From Lama guanicoe (taxonomy: Eukaryota), in assembly GCA_013239625.1 (NCBI GenBank), contig MU054323.1:8297220-8361219 (forward strand): 64,000 nt of DNA, written 5' to 3'. The position numbers were made by a program, and so were the translations under genes. Shown piece after piece: positions 13,305-26,449 of this stretch (its first letter is position 1; each line of letters starts with the position of its first letter). The notes under the pieces are model-generated. The model did not search any database. It was not told the DNA's origin and saw only the letters and a list, made by a program, of their open reading frames with translations.

Positions 13305-14625
13305 AGTCATTCCTCCATTTCCTTTCTTTTTCTGAGCATCACCCACATGTTGGGGTACCATTCCAAGCCCCAGGGACTCAGCCCCTGTCCTCACGGTGCC
13401 TACATTTCAGAGGAAGCAGATAGTCATAAACTAACATCATCTCGAAAAACCAACATCATCTCAATGGTAACAAGTGCCAGGAGTCAGTAAAACAAGAGAA
13501 TGGGCAGAGTGTGATGGTGAGAAGGGAATGGGAGTCTGTGAGAGCCTTCCGGGGAGGGGCCGGCGTAATGTGAAGATGGAGGAAGAGCCTTCAAGGGGGA
13601 AACAGCAAATTCGGAAGTCCAGGGGGCCAGAGTGTGACATGTTTGAGGAACAGGAGCAGAAGGGGCAAGGTGGCTGCAGCACACTGGGAGAGGAAATGGA
13701 GACATGGAAGGGCTGGATTTGCAGGGCCATGAGAGAATGGCCCATGGTCAAGAATTTGGATTTTACTCTAAGTGTGATGGAAGTCACTGGAAAGCTTTAA
13801 GCAGGGTTGTGGTGTGATGTGACTTACGTTTTCACCAGTTCCCTCTGGCTGCTCTGTAGAGGTCAGATGATTGTAGTACCAGAGGGAAGCTGGGAGACCA
13901 GCTGGGATGCAGTTCAGTAACTTGAAAGAGAGAGTGGTGGTGGATGGGTCTCAGATGGAGACTATGGAGGCAGAGAGCAGAGATGGATTGAGGGTGTGTT
14001 TTCAAGACAGAGTTGGCCCGACCTGCTGATGAATAGGATGTATGTACTGGGGAAGAGGAGAGAGCAAGAGGGCTAGGGGAGTCAGAGAAAGAGAATAATC
14101 AATGATAGTCTTTGACCTGAGCAACTGAGTGGAAGGTTAAGCCTTTACTGAGTTAGGAAATAAAACGCAGAGAGTAATAGGCTTGTTAAAGAGATGAGAA
14201 TGAAGGCTTCTGTTTTAGACACATAGGTTAATTTTGAGCTGCTTATTACAAATCCATGATGGCAGTTAGACAGACAAGTTTGCAACTCAAGGGAGAGGTC
14301 AAAGCCGAGATATAAATTTAGGCGTTATCAGACGAAAATAATATTTAAAGTCATGCAGCTAGATGAGATCAGCTGGGGATAGGGGAGAGTGGGAGAGAGG
14401 AGCCCAGGGCCGGCCCTTCCTCTAGCACTGGGAGGTCCAGCAAGGAAAGGGACTTGCCAGGACACTGGAGGGAAACTTCGAGCTTGCGGTGTCCCAAGGC
14501 CAGGAGGCGTGTCTCAGGAGAGAGGGAACTGTCAACTGTGCCAGCTGCTGCTGGGAGGTCAAGTCAGATGACCACAGAGAAACAGCCAGTGTGTTTGGCA
14601 ACACGGTGACCACTGGAGACATGGA
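13305..14625 (-). mobile_element. LINE-2 (L2a-like) 3' fragment
   Basis: Typical antisense L2 segments: gaatttggattttactctaagtgtgatggaagtcactggaaagctttaagcaggg, ctctggctgctctgtagagg, tttgacctgagcaactgagtgga. Confidence 0.8.
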
Positions 14626-16729
14626 CCATGAAAACATAGCGTAACATTCAACAGCTTGTCTCGGGAACATGAAAAGGGGAGAGCAGAAGGGGCTTCCTTT
14701 GTACTTGTTGAGCCTGAGGTAGAACAGAGGGGCCAGATTCCAGGAGAGGCAGGGGAGAGAACAAACAATATCACAGCTCTCCATTTTCAGGCCTTTTCAT
14801 AAATGCTTCACAAACCTCCCCCTGCAGAGGCCCATGAGGTAGTCATCATTATGTCCATTATGCAAATGAGGCCCAAGGCCCAGCAAGATTATTGGCTCAG
14901 GGCGCCCAGCCAGGGACCGCAGTCCAGGCCTGTCTGACCCCAAAGGCCCTGATCGTCATGTAGTCACCACCCCCCCCAACAGCCGGCTCTGCCTGCCTCT
15001 CCTGGCTGCTCTTTCCCACATCCCCTCCCATCCATCCTTGTCCTTTGATCATTTCTGTCAGCTTCCAGCAGTCTTGGCCTCTGCCTCTCTCCTCCAGGAA
15101 AGCTCTGCTTTTTCCCTTTGATCCTGCATGTCTGTCCTCGGCTACATCCATCCGCTGCTGGGCCCTATGTCCCCTCCTCCCTGTGGCTTCAGGATATGCC
15201 AAAGGTGGGGGATCTGCAAAAGTTTCTGAGAGCCTTGGGGGAATCTGAGCCTGCAAGATGGGAGTGTGGCTCCTGCTTCCCCACCATTTGGGAAAGAGCC
15301 TGGGGGCTCTTCGGACCTGGCTGGGTTGCAAATCAGGCCCCGCTCAGTACTAAGGGTCCAGAGATGCTAGCTCACAGGCCAAGGATGTGTGGAAGCAGCC
15401 AGGAGGGGGCAGCCAAAAGGGCCATGCATTCTAACCTTGAGGGGCCAAGATGGGTCTCAAAGTTCTCAGGAGATCAGTACAAATGATGAATAGGGGTTAG
15501 GAATCCTACGTAGGGAGCTGTGATTGGCAAAATCAGCCACTTGGCTGCCACCACCGTATACACAACAGAGAAGAAGGGGGACACTCAGAACCTCAAAGTC
15601 CCTTTTGGAGCCACGGTAAATCCAGCAGGAAGATGTGGGTGAGGCCCAGAGACTCCTGTCAAAGCTCTCTGCCGGGTCGGGGTACTCCCCTCCCTCCACC
15701 GCCTCCCCGTCCTGGTCAAGATGAAGGAGGCCACCCGAGATGCCCAGAATCCCCTCTAGCTCCTACTCTCAGGATTCTGAGGCCCTGTCTGCCCCCAGCT
15801 GTTCTGGGAGGGCCTGGGACCCGGCTCCCAACTAGAAGAGATGAGCAGAGTGGACCCACCGGAACCACAGGGCCTAGGTGCACTCCCCAAAGCCCTGACA
15901 AGGGGCTGCAGTAATTAGCCCCTCACACAACCCCCCATGGTTATTTTTAAGCCGCGCTCTTCTCTGGTTTATTTTTAAAGTAACACTGGCACGTGGCTGG
16001 CCGGCTGCCCTTTCCAGGTGCTGGTGCCAATTCAGGCCAGTAATGGAGCAGGGCAAGGTGCAGCCTTCCCCTAGGGCTCCACACCAAATGCTGGAGTTAA
16101 CCAACCCCTCACTGGATGGCAAGGGAGGTGCCCACTGTGCAGAAAGCCTGGGTCCATCCTGGGGCAGGCAAGACCCCACCCCACCCCAAAACTCCCATTC
16201 TGCCTCTGATGCACACATTTCACATTTCGTGACCTTGACCAAGTCACCTCAACTGCATGAGCCTCCACTTCCTCATTTCTCAATGAGGAGAGTGATTTCT
16301 GCCTCCCCCATTGTCAAATACTCGAGGGTGAGTGATAAACTAAAATACTGCACAAACATAAGGGAGGATGGGGATTAACTCCCCCAGCAGACATGCTGCC
16401 CCTACTGTCCTGCGAAACCCCGTTCAAGTCATGCCTGTCTCCCGGGTGAGTGACTCCCACTCTGTGAGAGGCTCCTCTGTTCCCTTCATCCTTTGACCAC
16501 CCACTGAGACCTGCCATCCACATTTTTAGTCTGGCTGAACTCTAATCCAGGCTGCCCAGGGTGAAGGACAGCTGTCAGGCTGCTAGTGGCCATTAAGAGG
16601 CTCCAGCTTGCACTGGGTGGGGGATGAGGGCAGAACCATCCCCACCCCACCACCTCCTCCCTGGCAGCCTTCCAGAGAGCTTAGCTATGGAGAAGTACTG
16701 CCAAAAGTTAGCTCCAAAACCCCTTCCTC

Positions 16730-17100
16730 AGGTCCCATGCCTGAGAAGAACATTAGGGCATATGGTGAAGGACGCTGAGAGATAGGCTTCCTTCCCTGAC
16801 GGCAATGCGGAGTCATGGAAGGGTCTGAGCAAGGTGACAAGTGCAGAGTGGAGTGTAATCTGGAAGTAGGTGTGAGGAAGATTAGGAAGCTGCTGGGGGA
16901 TGACAGTTAGGAACATCTGCCCAGGTCCAGACAGGAAAGGGTGAGGACTTAGACTATGCTGGTAGCTGCAGGAACAGAAAGAAAGGGCAGGACTAGGTAA
17001 AGAGAAATGACTTGGACTAGGTACAGGGAGAGAAGGGGAGAGGAAGGCAAGGTGTTCAGCCTGGTTGACTGAGGAATGAGGACATTATTAGAAACCAGGC
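16730..17100 (-). mobile_element. Degenerate L2 fragment
   Basis: ggcaatgcggagtcatggaagggtctgagcaagg...gtgaggacttagact...agcctggttgactgaggaatgagg. Confidence 0.55.
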
Positions 17101-17999
17101 AGTAGAGTGGCCATGATGTGTGAAGTGATGGGTTCAGGTGGCCAAGCCAGGCTTGGGTGCTGGTGCTTCAGCCAGATGAGGGGTAGAGACATAGTGTGGA
17201 GCAGAGTTGGAAGCAAAGCCTGTAGACCTCCCTGGACCAGCAACAGAACAGCCCAGGCAGTCTTGGCCCACTCTTGAAACCAGGGTGCAGAAGAAGGAAG
17301 CAGAGGCAGCAGGGGAGACCACAAAGGACCAGTGGGAAGCAAGAGGGTAGGGTTTCCAGAGAGAAAAAGGACGACCATCAGGGCTGAACATGGCCAGAAT
17401 ATGAAGGAAAATGAGAATCCCAGCAGCCAAGATCGCCATGTATGATTGTCCAGGTTGTATAATCTGGGTGTGGGGTTGCTGAAGGCCAGCCTGCTTACCA
17501 TGCACTCTCCCAGTGGCTGCATCCACCCAAAAGGGCCTGTTTTTATCTTCCTAACTGGTTGCAGAGTGCCATGTAGCTAGAGCAGCCCTGCCCATGGGGC
17601 ACAGGTTCTGGTACTCAGGAAATTCCTGATGCTCTTGGGGAGAGCAGTCTTAGCGGGTGGAGCCAGGGCATCCTGATGCGTGAGGTGGGGAAGCATTGGG
17701 TCTGAACACTCGGGGCAAAAGGAAAGGGCACGGTGAGGCCTCCCTTCTTCCCTCCCTGTCTCCTTCCCTTCCATTTTTTGAAGACCTGAAGCCAATAGTG
17801 AGAAGGTAACAGAGGACGGTTTGAAAATACCATTAGGTGGGGGGGTCTCCAGCAGCAAAGTCAGAAGGAAAAGCCCAAGGTCGGAGTAGAGTGCAGTTAG
17901 GGGTTTGGCCTTGGGAGGGGAGGCCTCACCAGCTCTGAGATGGAAGGGGGAAAGGAGCAAAGTGCCCAGAGAGAGCAGGAGTAGTAGTATGGGGAGAGC

Positions 18000-18195
18000 C
18001 TCGCTCTGCCAAGTACTTGCTGTGTGACCTTGGGCAAATCACTTAACCTCTCTGGCTCAGTTCCAGCGTCTTTAAATGGGAATAATAATAGCACCTACAG
18101 AATAGGGGAGTTACAGGGTGAAAAGAAGTACACATATTAGCTCACTTAGAGCAGTGGCACACAGTAAGCACTATATAAAGCTCAGCTAATATTGT
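18000..18195 (+). mobile_element. MIR SINE
   Basis: gctgtgtgaccttgggcaaatcacttaacctctctggctcagtt...aaatgggaataataatagcacctac...ggcacacagtaagcact. Confidence 0.9.
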
Positions 18196-21100
18196 TTTGA
18201 ATTAGGGAGGAGGGAGCAGTGACAGAGGCATTTAAAAGTTTGAATAAAGTCAAGTGCAGCCAGCTTGCCCAGATTCCACACTGGGGCTGTGGGGGGATGG
18301 AGGAGAAGGCACAGCAGCACTATAAGCAGTGGCTGTAAAGAGCTAGGTCCTGGCGACTCTGCCCAGCTTGTAGCTCTTGGCACCATAAAAAGCCAGTTCA
18401 GGACACCCATGCATGAATAGGCAGCCTCTATAGGCCATGGGAGCCTATGAAATCATTCTCCTGTTATACCCGGGCCCAGCCAGGCTCTCATCCGATTCTG
18501 GGCTGTGAACAGCAGTGCAGATGGAGAGCCTGCAAGGTGGGCCGACATAATTGAAAAGGCTGGGGAATCAGAGGTCAGAAGAACGGGGGCAAGCCCCGGA
18601 TGAGTCAGGCAGCGGGAGGCAGGCTGAGGGGTGAGCGTCTGCTTCCATGTCTCTGTGTGAAGGGCAGTGTCCCCAAGGATGGGGACAGCTGCTTGCTGTC
18701 TCCCCTGAAGACAGGCTGGGAAACAACGGCGTGCGCCTTGGTCATTTCATTCCACTGAAGGAGCATTTCCAACAGGCCCAGGCTTGAGTGAAGTGTGTTT
18801 CCATGGAGAGCAGTGGAATCTTAGCCTCTCCTGTCCAGTCAGGCCTGCGTGGAGGAGGAGCTGCGTTTGGTGGCTACTTTAGATCCTTAAGGGCCCAGAA
18901 CTTGAAGGAGGAGTGGGGGCTCAGAGGCTGGGTTCTGTGGCCGAGGTGGAGGGGGGCTCCCTCTCTTTATTGAAGTGCTCCCTGCTTCCAGGGTGTGCCC
19001 ACCTGATAGAAACCCTGGTCCTTATACTCTCTGCCCTCGGTGGTGGACAGAGATGTGCCAAGAGGCCGTGGTGGGGGGCATGTGAGGTGTTGGAGTGAGC
19101 ATGTGTGCGTGTGTTTGTGTGCGCACGCATGGGTGTGTGAGTGGTGGGGGTGGGAACACCATGTCTGCAGGCTGGCTCAGAGGGAGAGAAGGTCCTGGCA
19201 GCTGCCTCCAGGCTGAAGTCCCTGTTGCCTGGAGTCCCTCTCCTCCTGGGCACTATGCCAACCTACACCATCTGAGCTCCTGAGCCCTGGGGAGGGTGCT
19301 GAGCCTAAGAAAAGCCTCCTTCACATCTCCTGGCATCTGCTCCCAAGTTCCCTGCCAGCCCAGAGCTGTCTGGGCCACTAGCCATGACCAGAAAGGAGAG
19401 TGGGAAGCAGGTGATGGAGACAGTGCCCACAGGGGCCACGCTTGCTCCAAGGCCTCCCCGCCAAACCCAACCCATCCTTCAGGCTGGCTTTATGCATCTG
19501 CTGGGAATTCACTGTGAACACTGGGCAAGACGGGCCAGCGGGAGAGGCATCCACCTCCAGGCAAACCCCACTGCTTGGCAGAAAGTGGCAGGGGCAGAAG
19601 AAGGTACTGTTCTTCCAACAGGGGGACGGGGAAGGTGTGCCAGAGGAGGCAGCCCTGGAGCTGTCCTTCCTGGGAGGACAGAAGAGATGAGAGAGAGAAC
19701 TTCAGGCAGCCCAACAACTTGAGCAAGTGCTCAGAGGTGAGGTGTGGAACAGGCGCAGGGAACCCTTAGAGGGCCGGAAGTGTTGGGGGAGTCAGGAGAG
19801 AGCAGTCCAGGCTGGGGGTGCCTCACGTTGTGGATAGCCTACGTGCTGGGCCAGGAAACCCCTAGACTATATTGTGTGGATTTGGGGAACTAAGGAAGGT
19901 TTCTGAGTGGTGAGTGGCAGCTCTGAGTTGTACAATAAAAAATAATATTAATAACATCTCTTATTACCTGAGACCCTCCACACACCAGGCCTTGTACCAG
20001 GTACTTTACACACTGTATTTCTAACCCCAAACTCCCCAGCTATTTAATAAGAGAGGGGATCAGAGAGACAGTGCGGCATATGGGAGAAGCAGCAGGCCTG
20101 CAATCAGGAGACCTGGGTCCCAAGTCCAGCTCTGGGCGAGACACCAACCTTTCTAGGTTTCAATGTCCCCAGCCATTGAATGGAGACCACCCCTGCTCAG
20201 TGGGCCACACAGGATGCTGTGAGGATTCAACAGGAATGTTCCTAAACACTATAGAGTGCTGTGCCCATGTGGGTCTCCCCAGACCCAGCCAGGGCCCTTC
20301 TGCTGCGCTGCTCACTTGGCAGACATACCTGGGACACAGTGCTTGGGAGCCTGGCTTCTCCATCTGGAGTGGCAGGAGCTTAGCTGGGACACAGTGACCC
20401 CTGGACCAGTGTGAGTTAAAGGGGACTTCAGAAAGAAAACAGCATTGCTTAGCTGGTATCAAAGGCCAGCAGTCAGAAGACCAGGCCTTCCCTCCATTTC
20501 TCCTGGGCCACACCATCCCTGTCTCTGCTGTTCCTGCTCCCTCTGGCTTCTCTTCCCCTATACCCCAGACTTGCATGTGGCTTTGGCTCACCCTGATCTC
20601 AGCTAGAACCCAACTCTTTGTAACTCCACAGCTCAGCTGCCCGAACTGCCCGAGCTGCCCTGCCCCTCAGCCCCTCATCACAATCCCTGGGAGAGACAAC
20701 CTGATTGGTCTACCCAGCCGAGAGTTTGGGTCCTCTTGGATCAAGTGTCCATCCTTAGTCCAATCCCCAGTGGCCTGAGCCAGGATCACGTGGTACAAAG
20801 GCGCCACCTGGGCCCATCCTTGACTAGTGTTGCAGAAAGGACAGCTCCAAAGAGGCAGGAAGGCAGTAAGTATGTCCACCACAGATGGCTTACCTCCAGG
20901 CCCTGGCCCCCTGCCCTCCAGCTCCCCTCTCTTCACCTCCTGCTCTGTCTGGCTCCAGACCTTACTGACGTAACCGAGGAATCTCCAAAGAGAATCTCCA
21001 AGGAGCGGTACCCTGGGACAGAAAGGACAGGCCATTCAACTACAGGGTTCATCAGTCTGGCAGAAAGCAGGGGAGGGGCTCAGAAGAGAGGGTCTTCAGC

Positions 21101-21254
21101 AGGATGCCATCAGGCTGGACCAGAGCACTAAGACTCCGAGACCCAGATCCTACCCTGAGGGGCTTACAGCGGTTTGAAGATGATGACCTGCAAGACACAT
21201 CTTCCATGCTCTGTTAACAAAGTGGGTGGTCCCAGGGACACCTGAAGTTGACTG

Positions 21255-21460
21255 GACTTTGAAGGCCAAAAGATCTAGGTTGAATCCTAGCTTTTCCAAT
21301 TTTCATCTGTATGACCTTGGGCCAGTAGTATTTAACCTCCCAGAGCCTTGATTTCCTCATCAAAATGGAGTTAATCTTGCCCATCTTGAAGGTCACAGTG
21401 AGGATTAGAGAAGACTGTTGCAAGGCTGTTTGGGTTACCTGGTAACTGTTACCATTATTA
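21255..21460 (+). mobile_element. MIR SINE
   Basis: tgtatgaccttgggccag...tttaacctcccagagccttgatttcctcatcaaaatgg. Confidence 0.8.
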
Positions 21461-21989
21461 GTGGAGGCACTAAGAACAGAGAAAGCACAGGCTGTGTTCT
21501 GACCTGTGAACGTCCCCCCTTTCTCTCCCCTTCCTTCTCCTTCCAATCCATCCCCTCCTGGTTCCCACCTGCCACCCTGGACCCAGCTACACAGAGGGGA
21601 GGTAGGAGGTGGGTCCCCATCCAGGGGACCAGACTTGCTCCCTGACTACGCTGCAAAGGCAGACTTGACTAAAAGGAGCTGTGCTCACAGAGGCATCACT
21701 GTACATAAGGAGATGAGTAAATACACCAGGCAGCATCTGCCAAGAGAGGCCAAGTGAGTGGCAGAGATGGATGCTGTGTGCAGAGCTGAGAGAAGGGGAT
21801 GCTTGCGGCCCAGAACAAGAAGAAAGCTTCTTGGGAGAAGGCGATGGGGATGGGGCAGGAACACAGCAGCCAGCAATGCATCACCAGAGGCGGTGAGTGT
21901 TTAAAAAAGGCAGGCAGGCCTTCACAATAATGCTGCAAATCTAACATTGGTCTAAAATTAAAAGTGTAGTTTAAAAAATAGTGAATTGT

Positions 21990-22072
21990 AGAAGATGAAG
22001 GAGAAGGAGGAGGAGGAGAGAAGAAGAAGGAGAAGAAAGAGGAGGAGGAGAAAGAAAGGGGAAGAGAGAGAG
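21990..22072. repeat. GA-rich low-complexity polypurine tract (a second at ~23447-23511)
   Basis: gaaggagaaggaggaggaggagagaagaagaaggagaagaaagaggaggaggagaaagaaagggg. Confidence 0.85.
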
Positions 22073-23084
22073 TATGGCCTCAGACAGTGACCTTGATCCC
22101 ATCTCTAGTGACAACCAGGGCCAAGCAGCTCTGTGCACCAGCCAGGTGTTCACATCCTCTGAACAAAGCTTCTAGGTGCCCAGCGACATCCTGGAAGGCC
22201 GCAGAGAACAGAGCACGCCATGCTCCCAGCCACAGGAGCGTTGGCGACATGGCTGTGCCTTCTGACCTCCTTCTGGTTCCTGGGTGCCCACAGTCACACC
22301 GTCCTGGAAGGGCCCCTCTGACACAGACTCAGCACATTCGAGGGTAACTCTTTACTTCAGGGACAGTCTTCTCTCACCTGCCCACTGGCTCATCTCTGTT
22401 CCCAGAGGACAGGACCGAGCCATCCTCATCTCCAAATCCTCTCCCAGCACTTAACTTAGTGCCTGGTACAAGGTGGTAGGTGTTTAAGAAATATTTGTTC
22501 AATTAATTACTTAAGACAAGCCAGGAGAGAATAAAGCCTTTTTGCCTCATTGATTCTCAAGCTGATATTTTCAAGACCAGCCAAGTGCTGCAGCCCTCCC
22601 GGGACCCCCGCTGCCCACTCTGCCTCCCCAGGTGCCACCCTCTCTCTTCTAGAGCTGGCTCTGAGCTCCCCCACTGTCTCCTGACTCGAGGAATCTGGGG
22701 AGACTCAGCACACTCTTGGGAGAAGGGCCTGAAAAGAGGAAGAATTGTAGCTGGAGAAAGCACCTGCTTTGATAGACAGGGAACGAGGTGCCACCTGTCC
22801 TCTCTTAGCTACCACTTTCCCAGAACAACCTGAAGAAGAGCAATTCATGAAGGTCCCACTGAGATGGGCCATGGACCCTGATCCCTGACCCCAGTCCAGA
22901 GACCCTGGAAGCCACCAAGAAGTGGAAGAAGAGAGCAAGACTCAGCTCTGCTGTACACCTGTGTGGCCTTGTCACCCAGCCACTAAGCTCAGTCCCCTCA
23001 CTCGAAACCAGGGCACCAGCCTTCCAGATGCAGCATCTCATCAACCAACACCGGTTAGGTAGCACCAAGCCACCAGCCTGAATC

Positions 23085-23275
23085 TGGACCCTGACTCAGC
23101 CGCTCACTAGCTGTGTGGTCCTGAATGAGTTAGAGACTTTCTGTGCCTCAGTTTTCTCATCCGGAAAATGGAAATAATGTCTATCCCACAAAGTTTTCAA
23201 GAATACAAAATGAAATAATATATGTAAAGCACTTCATTCAATGCCAGGCACACAGAGGCTCAATGAATGTGAGCT
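23085..23275 (+). mobile_element. MIR SINE
   Basis: actagctgtgtggtcctg...ctgtgcctcagttttctcatccggaaaatggaaataat...tatgtaaagcactt...gccaggcacacagaggctcaat. Confidence 0.85.
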
Positions 23276-23282
23276 TTACAGT

Positions 23283-23345
23283 TACTACTATCACCACTGC
23301 GACTACGACCACGACTACTGCTACTCTGTTGCCACCACCATCATG
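23283..23345. repeat. Degenerate (ACT/ACC/ACG)n trinucleotide tract at a MIR tail
   Basis: tactactatcaccactgcgactacgaccacgactactgctact. Confidence 0.75.
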
Positions 23346-24169
23346 ACCATTAGCTCTACTGGTGTCAGGCACTGAGCTCCTGAGAAGTACAAGACACCAT
23401 CCCTGTCCTCAGAGTCCAGGAGGAGACTGAGAGGACGAAATGAGACGAAAAGGAGGAAGAGGAAGAGGAGAAGGGAAGGAAGAGGGAAGAAAGAAGCAAA
23501 AAGGAGCAAAAGCTCAAGGCCCCAGGAGACGGGGGTGGGGTTAGGGTCCATCAGGGCTCAGCAGTCAGTAGGGAGAACCTGAGTACTCCAGCCTGCCTTG
23601 CCCATCTTGGCCCAGGAGACTCAGGCAGGGACACATGACCACCCTCTCCCTGACTCCCCGCGGCCTCCTGCACTGGCAGGCTGTATGGGAGTGGGGAGGG
23701 GGACGCAGTTTCATCTCCGAAGAGTCAGCTCTGGCTGTCCATCTGCTTCAGCTAGGCCAGCCCAGCTCCAGCGCTCCCCCTTCCCATGACAGCCCAAGGG
23801 TTCTCACCCTAGGCACAGCATCTGCTCAGCGCAGACCACAACAGCTCTGCAAAGAACCCCAGCAGCTGTGGGTCTAATGTGCACCTCAAAGCTCAGGGCC
23901 GTTGTTTTGGGGACCCAATAGTCCCACTGAGACCATTGCTTTCTCCGCTGTCTGTAGGAGAGGAAACCCTCCCCCTCTGTAGGCCCAGAATCCAAGAATG
24001 TCACAGGGCCTCAAGAACATCTCCTCCACCTCTTGGTTTCCCAGAGGAGGAATTCCAAGCCCAGAGAAGGGCAGGGTCTTGCCTGCAATCACACAGAGGC
24101 ACAGCTGGAACCAGACCCCAGGTCTCCTGACTTCCATCCCACTGTGGAGAGTCCTGGGGCAGCTGAGTA

Positions 24170-24400
24170 CAGTGGAAAGAGAACTGAACTCTGAACTTCA
24201 AATTTGCTTCTAGCATTTATGGCCTGAGATAAAACACTTTACCTCTCTGAGCCTCAGTTTCCACATCTGTAAAACAGAAAATAATAATAACAATAAACAC
24301 CTCCTCTACAAGAGTGCTGTGCAAGCTCAAACAATAGAACATAGAGAAATTGCTTTGTAAATGACAAAGTGTTGCAAAAGTGCAACATGGGAATTGTTAT
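24170..24400 (+). mobile_element. MIR SINE
   Basis: acctctctgagcctcagtttccacatctgtaaaac. Confidence 0.75.
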
Positions 24401-24894
24401 TATTCTGGAACTTAGAGCACTGCATATATTAAGGACTCAAAAAACGCCTGCTGCTTGAACGGATGAATGTCTGAGGAATGGTGAGTGATGAACAAAGGGC
24501 TCCAGGAGCATTGATTTGTTTAGGTGGGTGGGGTCAAGGAAGGCTCCACAGAGGAGGTGACTTGTGAGATGGACTTTCACGGGAGAGTAGAAGCCCATCA
24601 GGGAGAAAGAAAGAACATGTACCATGTCCAGAAATGAGGAAATGCGGCCATGGCCTCCAAAGAGCTGTAGATACCAATCCCATATGCAGGTTTGGACTCC
24701 AGGCCCTGCTTAACACTCACCCCTCTCCTCGGCACCTGGGCCTGGTACACGGAACAGGGAGGCGGAGCTAGCAATTTATTAAATCCTAAAATGTAACTTG
24801 TCAGAGAAGAAATAACCTTCTAATCTAACTTCCCATTTGATAAGTAAGACAACTGAGGCTCAGGCGCTGACGTGCCTTAACAAAGGCCCCACAG

Positions 24895-25116
24895 CAGGCT
24901 CAGAAAACTAGGGCCTGTGGGCTGAATTTGGCCCGCCATCTATTTTTGTAAATAAAGTTTTATTGGAACATAGCCATGCCCATTCATTTGCATATTGTCT
25001 ATGGCTGCTTCCTTGATACAATGGCAGAGTTGAGTGGTTGCAAGAGACCATGTGGCGTGTGGGGCCTAAAATATTTACTATCTGGCCATTTACAGAAAAA
25101 AACTCATCACCTCCTG
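24895..25116. mobile_element. MER58A hAT-Charlie MITE nested in a minus-strand MIR
   Basis: tttttgtaaataaagttttattggaacatagccatgcccattcattt...aaaatatttactatctggccatttacagaaaaa; MIR halves on either side (24820-24894, ~25125-25170). Confidence 0.85.
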
Positions 25117-26449
25117 TCCTGCAGTGGGGCAGTGGCAGAACTAGGATGGGAGCCAGGCCTCCGACTCCTGGTTGGATGTCCTTTAACTCCGTGCACACTT
25201 GTCCTCTAGGCCCCACACCACCCCATGAACGCTGCCTGCAGGATGTGATTTCAGGCAGCCAGGCTCCGGGCAGGCTCAGCTCCAGGACACGTGGTGCAGC
25301 CAACAGGGAACACCCAGGCTGGCCACTGCTGCCCCCATGACCCAACAAGGCTTCCTGTTGGGAGAGGTTCAGTCCCTTTTGGGGGAGTCTGACAAGGAGA
25401 TGCCGACATGTGCCTGCTTTTCCATGGGCAAAACAGGAAGAGCTGGAGAGTGTAAGTGTAGGACTCAGGCCAGCCAGATGCCAGATTTACAGACATAGCC
25501 TTTCAAGAAGCGCTTGGGGGAGGGGGGACTGGCATCTCCAGCCATCTGCTTAGATGGCCAAGTCCACTTTAAATTGTGCTGTAGAATTCTTTTCTCAATG
25601 CCAGGCTGTCCCTGGTGGATTCATTTAATTAAAACCCCAACAGATCCAATCTGTTAGAAGTTCTAAGCTCACACATGTTCTGTCCAGCTAGTCACAGGAT
25701 GCAGACAGGCCCCAGGCCTGGCCCATGGCCACCTGGTGCAGTGGCTGGCCTAGAACAGACCCCATAGCCCCCAAGGTCGGTACCCTTCCCAGGACCCCCC
25801 GGGTGGCTGCCCTGGGTGTGAGACACTGCCCGCTCTGGGCCTCATGCCCTGTCCATCCTCCCTGGCTCCACCCCATTCAACCCTGGCTCATCTTTGATGC
25901 CTCCCTTTCTTAATTTACTCTTTCAACAGAGATTTATTAAGTGCCAGCTACAAGCTGAGGACTAGTAGTAACAAAAGAGACAAAAATCTCTGCCCTCGCG
26001 GGGCTTAGAGTTTAAACCCACAAATGTAAGAGCATCTCACACACTGTGTATCTACACTTTCCTTTCTCCCACCTCCTCCCCTTTCCTCCTCCCTCCTCCC
26101 TTCCCCTCCTTCCTCTTCCCTTGTGAACCTAGTTTTGACCTGAGCACTTGACAATGGGACAGGGCAGAGGCCCCCTGATGCATCCTTCTGCCTGCTGTCT
26201 CCCACAGACACTCCCACCCGCACACATAGGGATGCCAGGAAAACTCATCCTGATCTCTCTTTGGCATGTACCTCCCCTACTCTAGAGCTGTCCATGGCTC
26301 CTCATTGCCTTCAAGTTAAGATTTGAATTCCTGTGCCCACCCTTCAAAGCTCTGCACATTTTAGCCCCTGCTCACCTTCCCAACTTTCACTACCCATGTG
26401 AACTTTCTACTCCAAGAAAACTAGAATTGTTGTTGTTAGGTTTACAATA

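Noticed and set aside
26284..26304. REST/RE1 site (also partial matches near 25605, 30651, 38361 and 42513)
   Set aside because: Only one half-site matches in each case.
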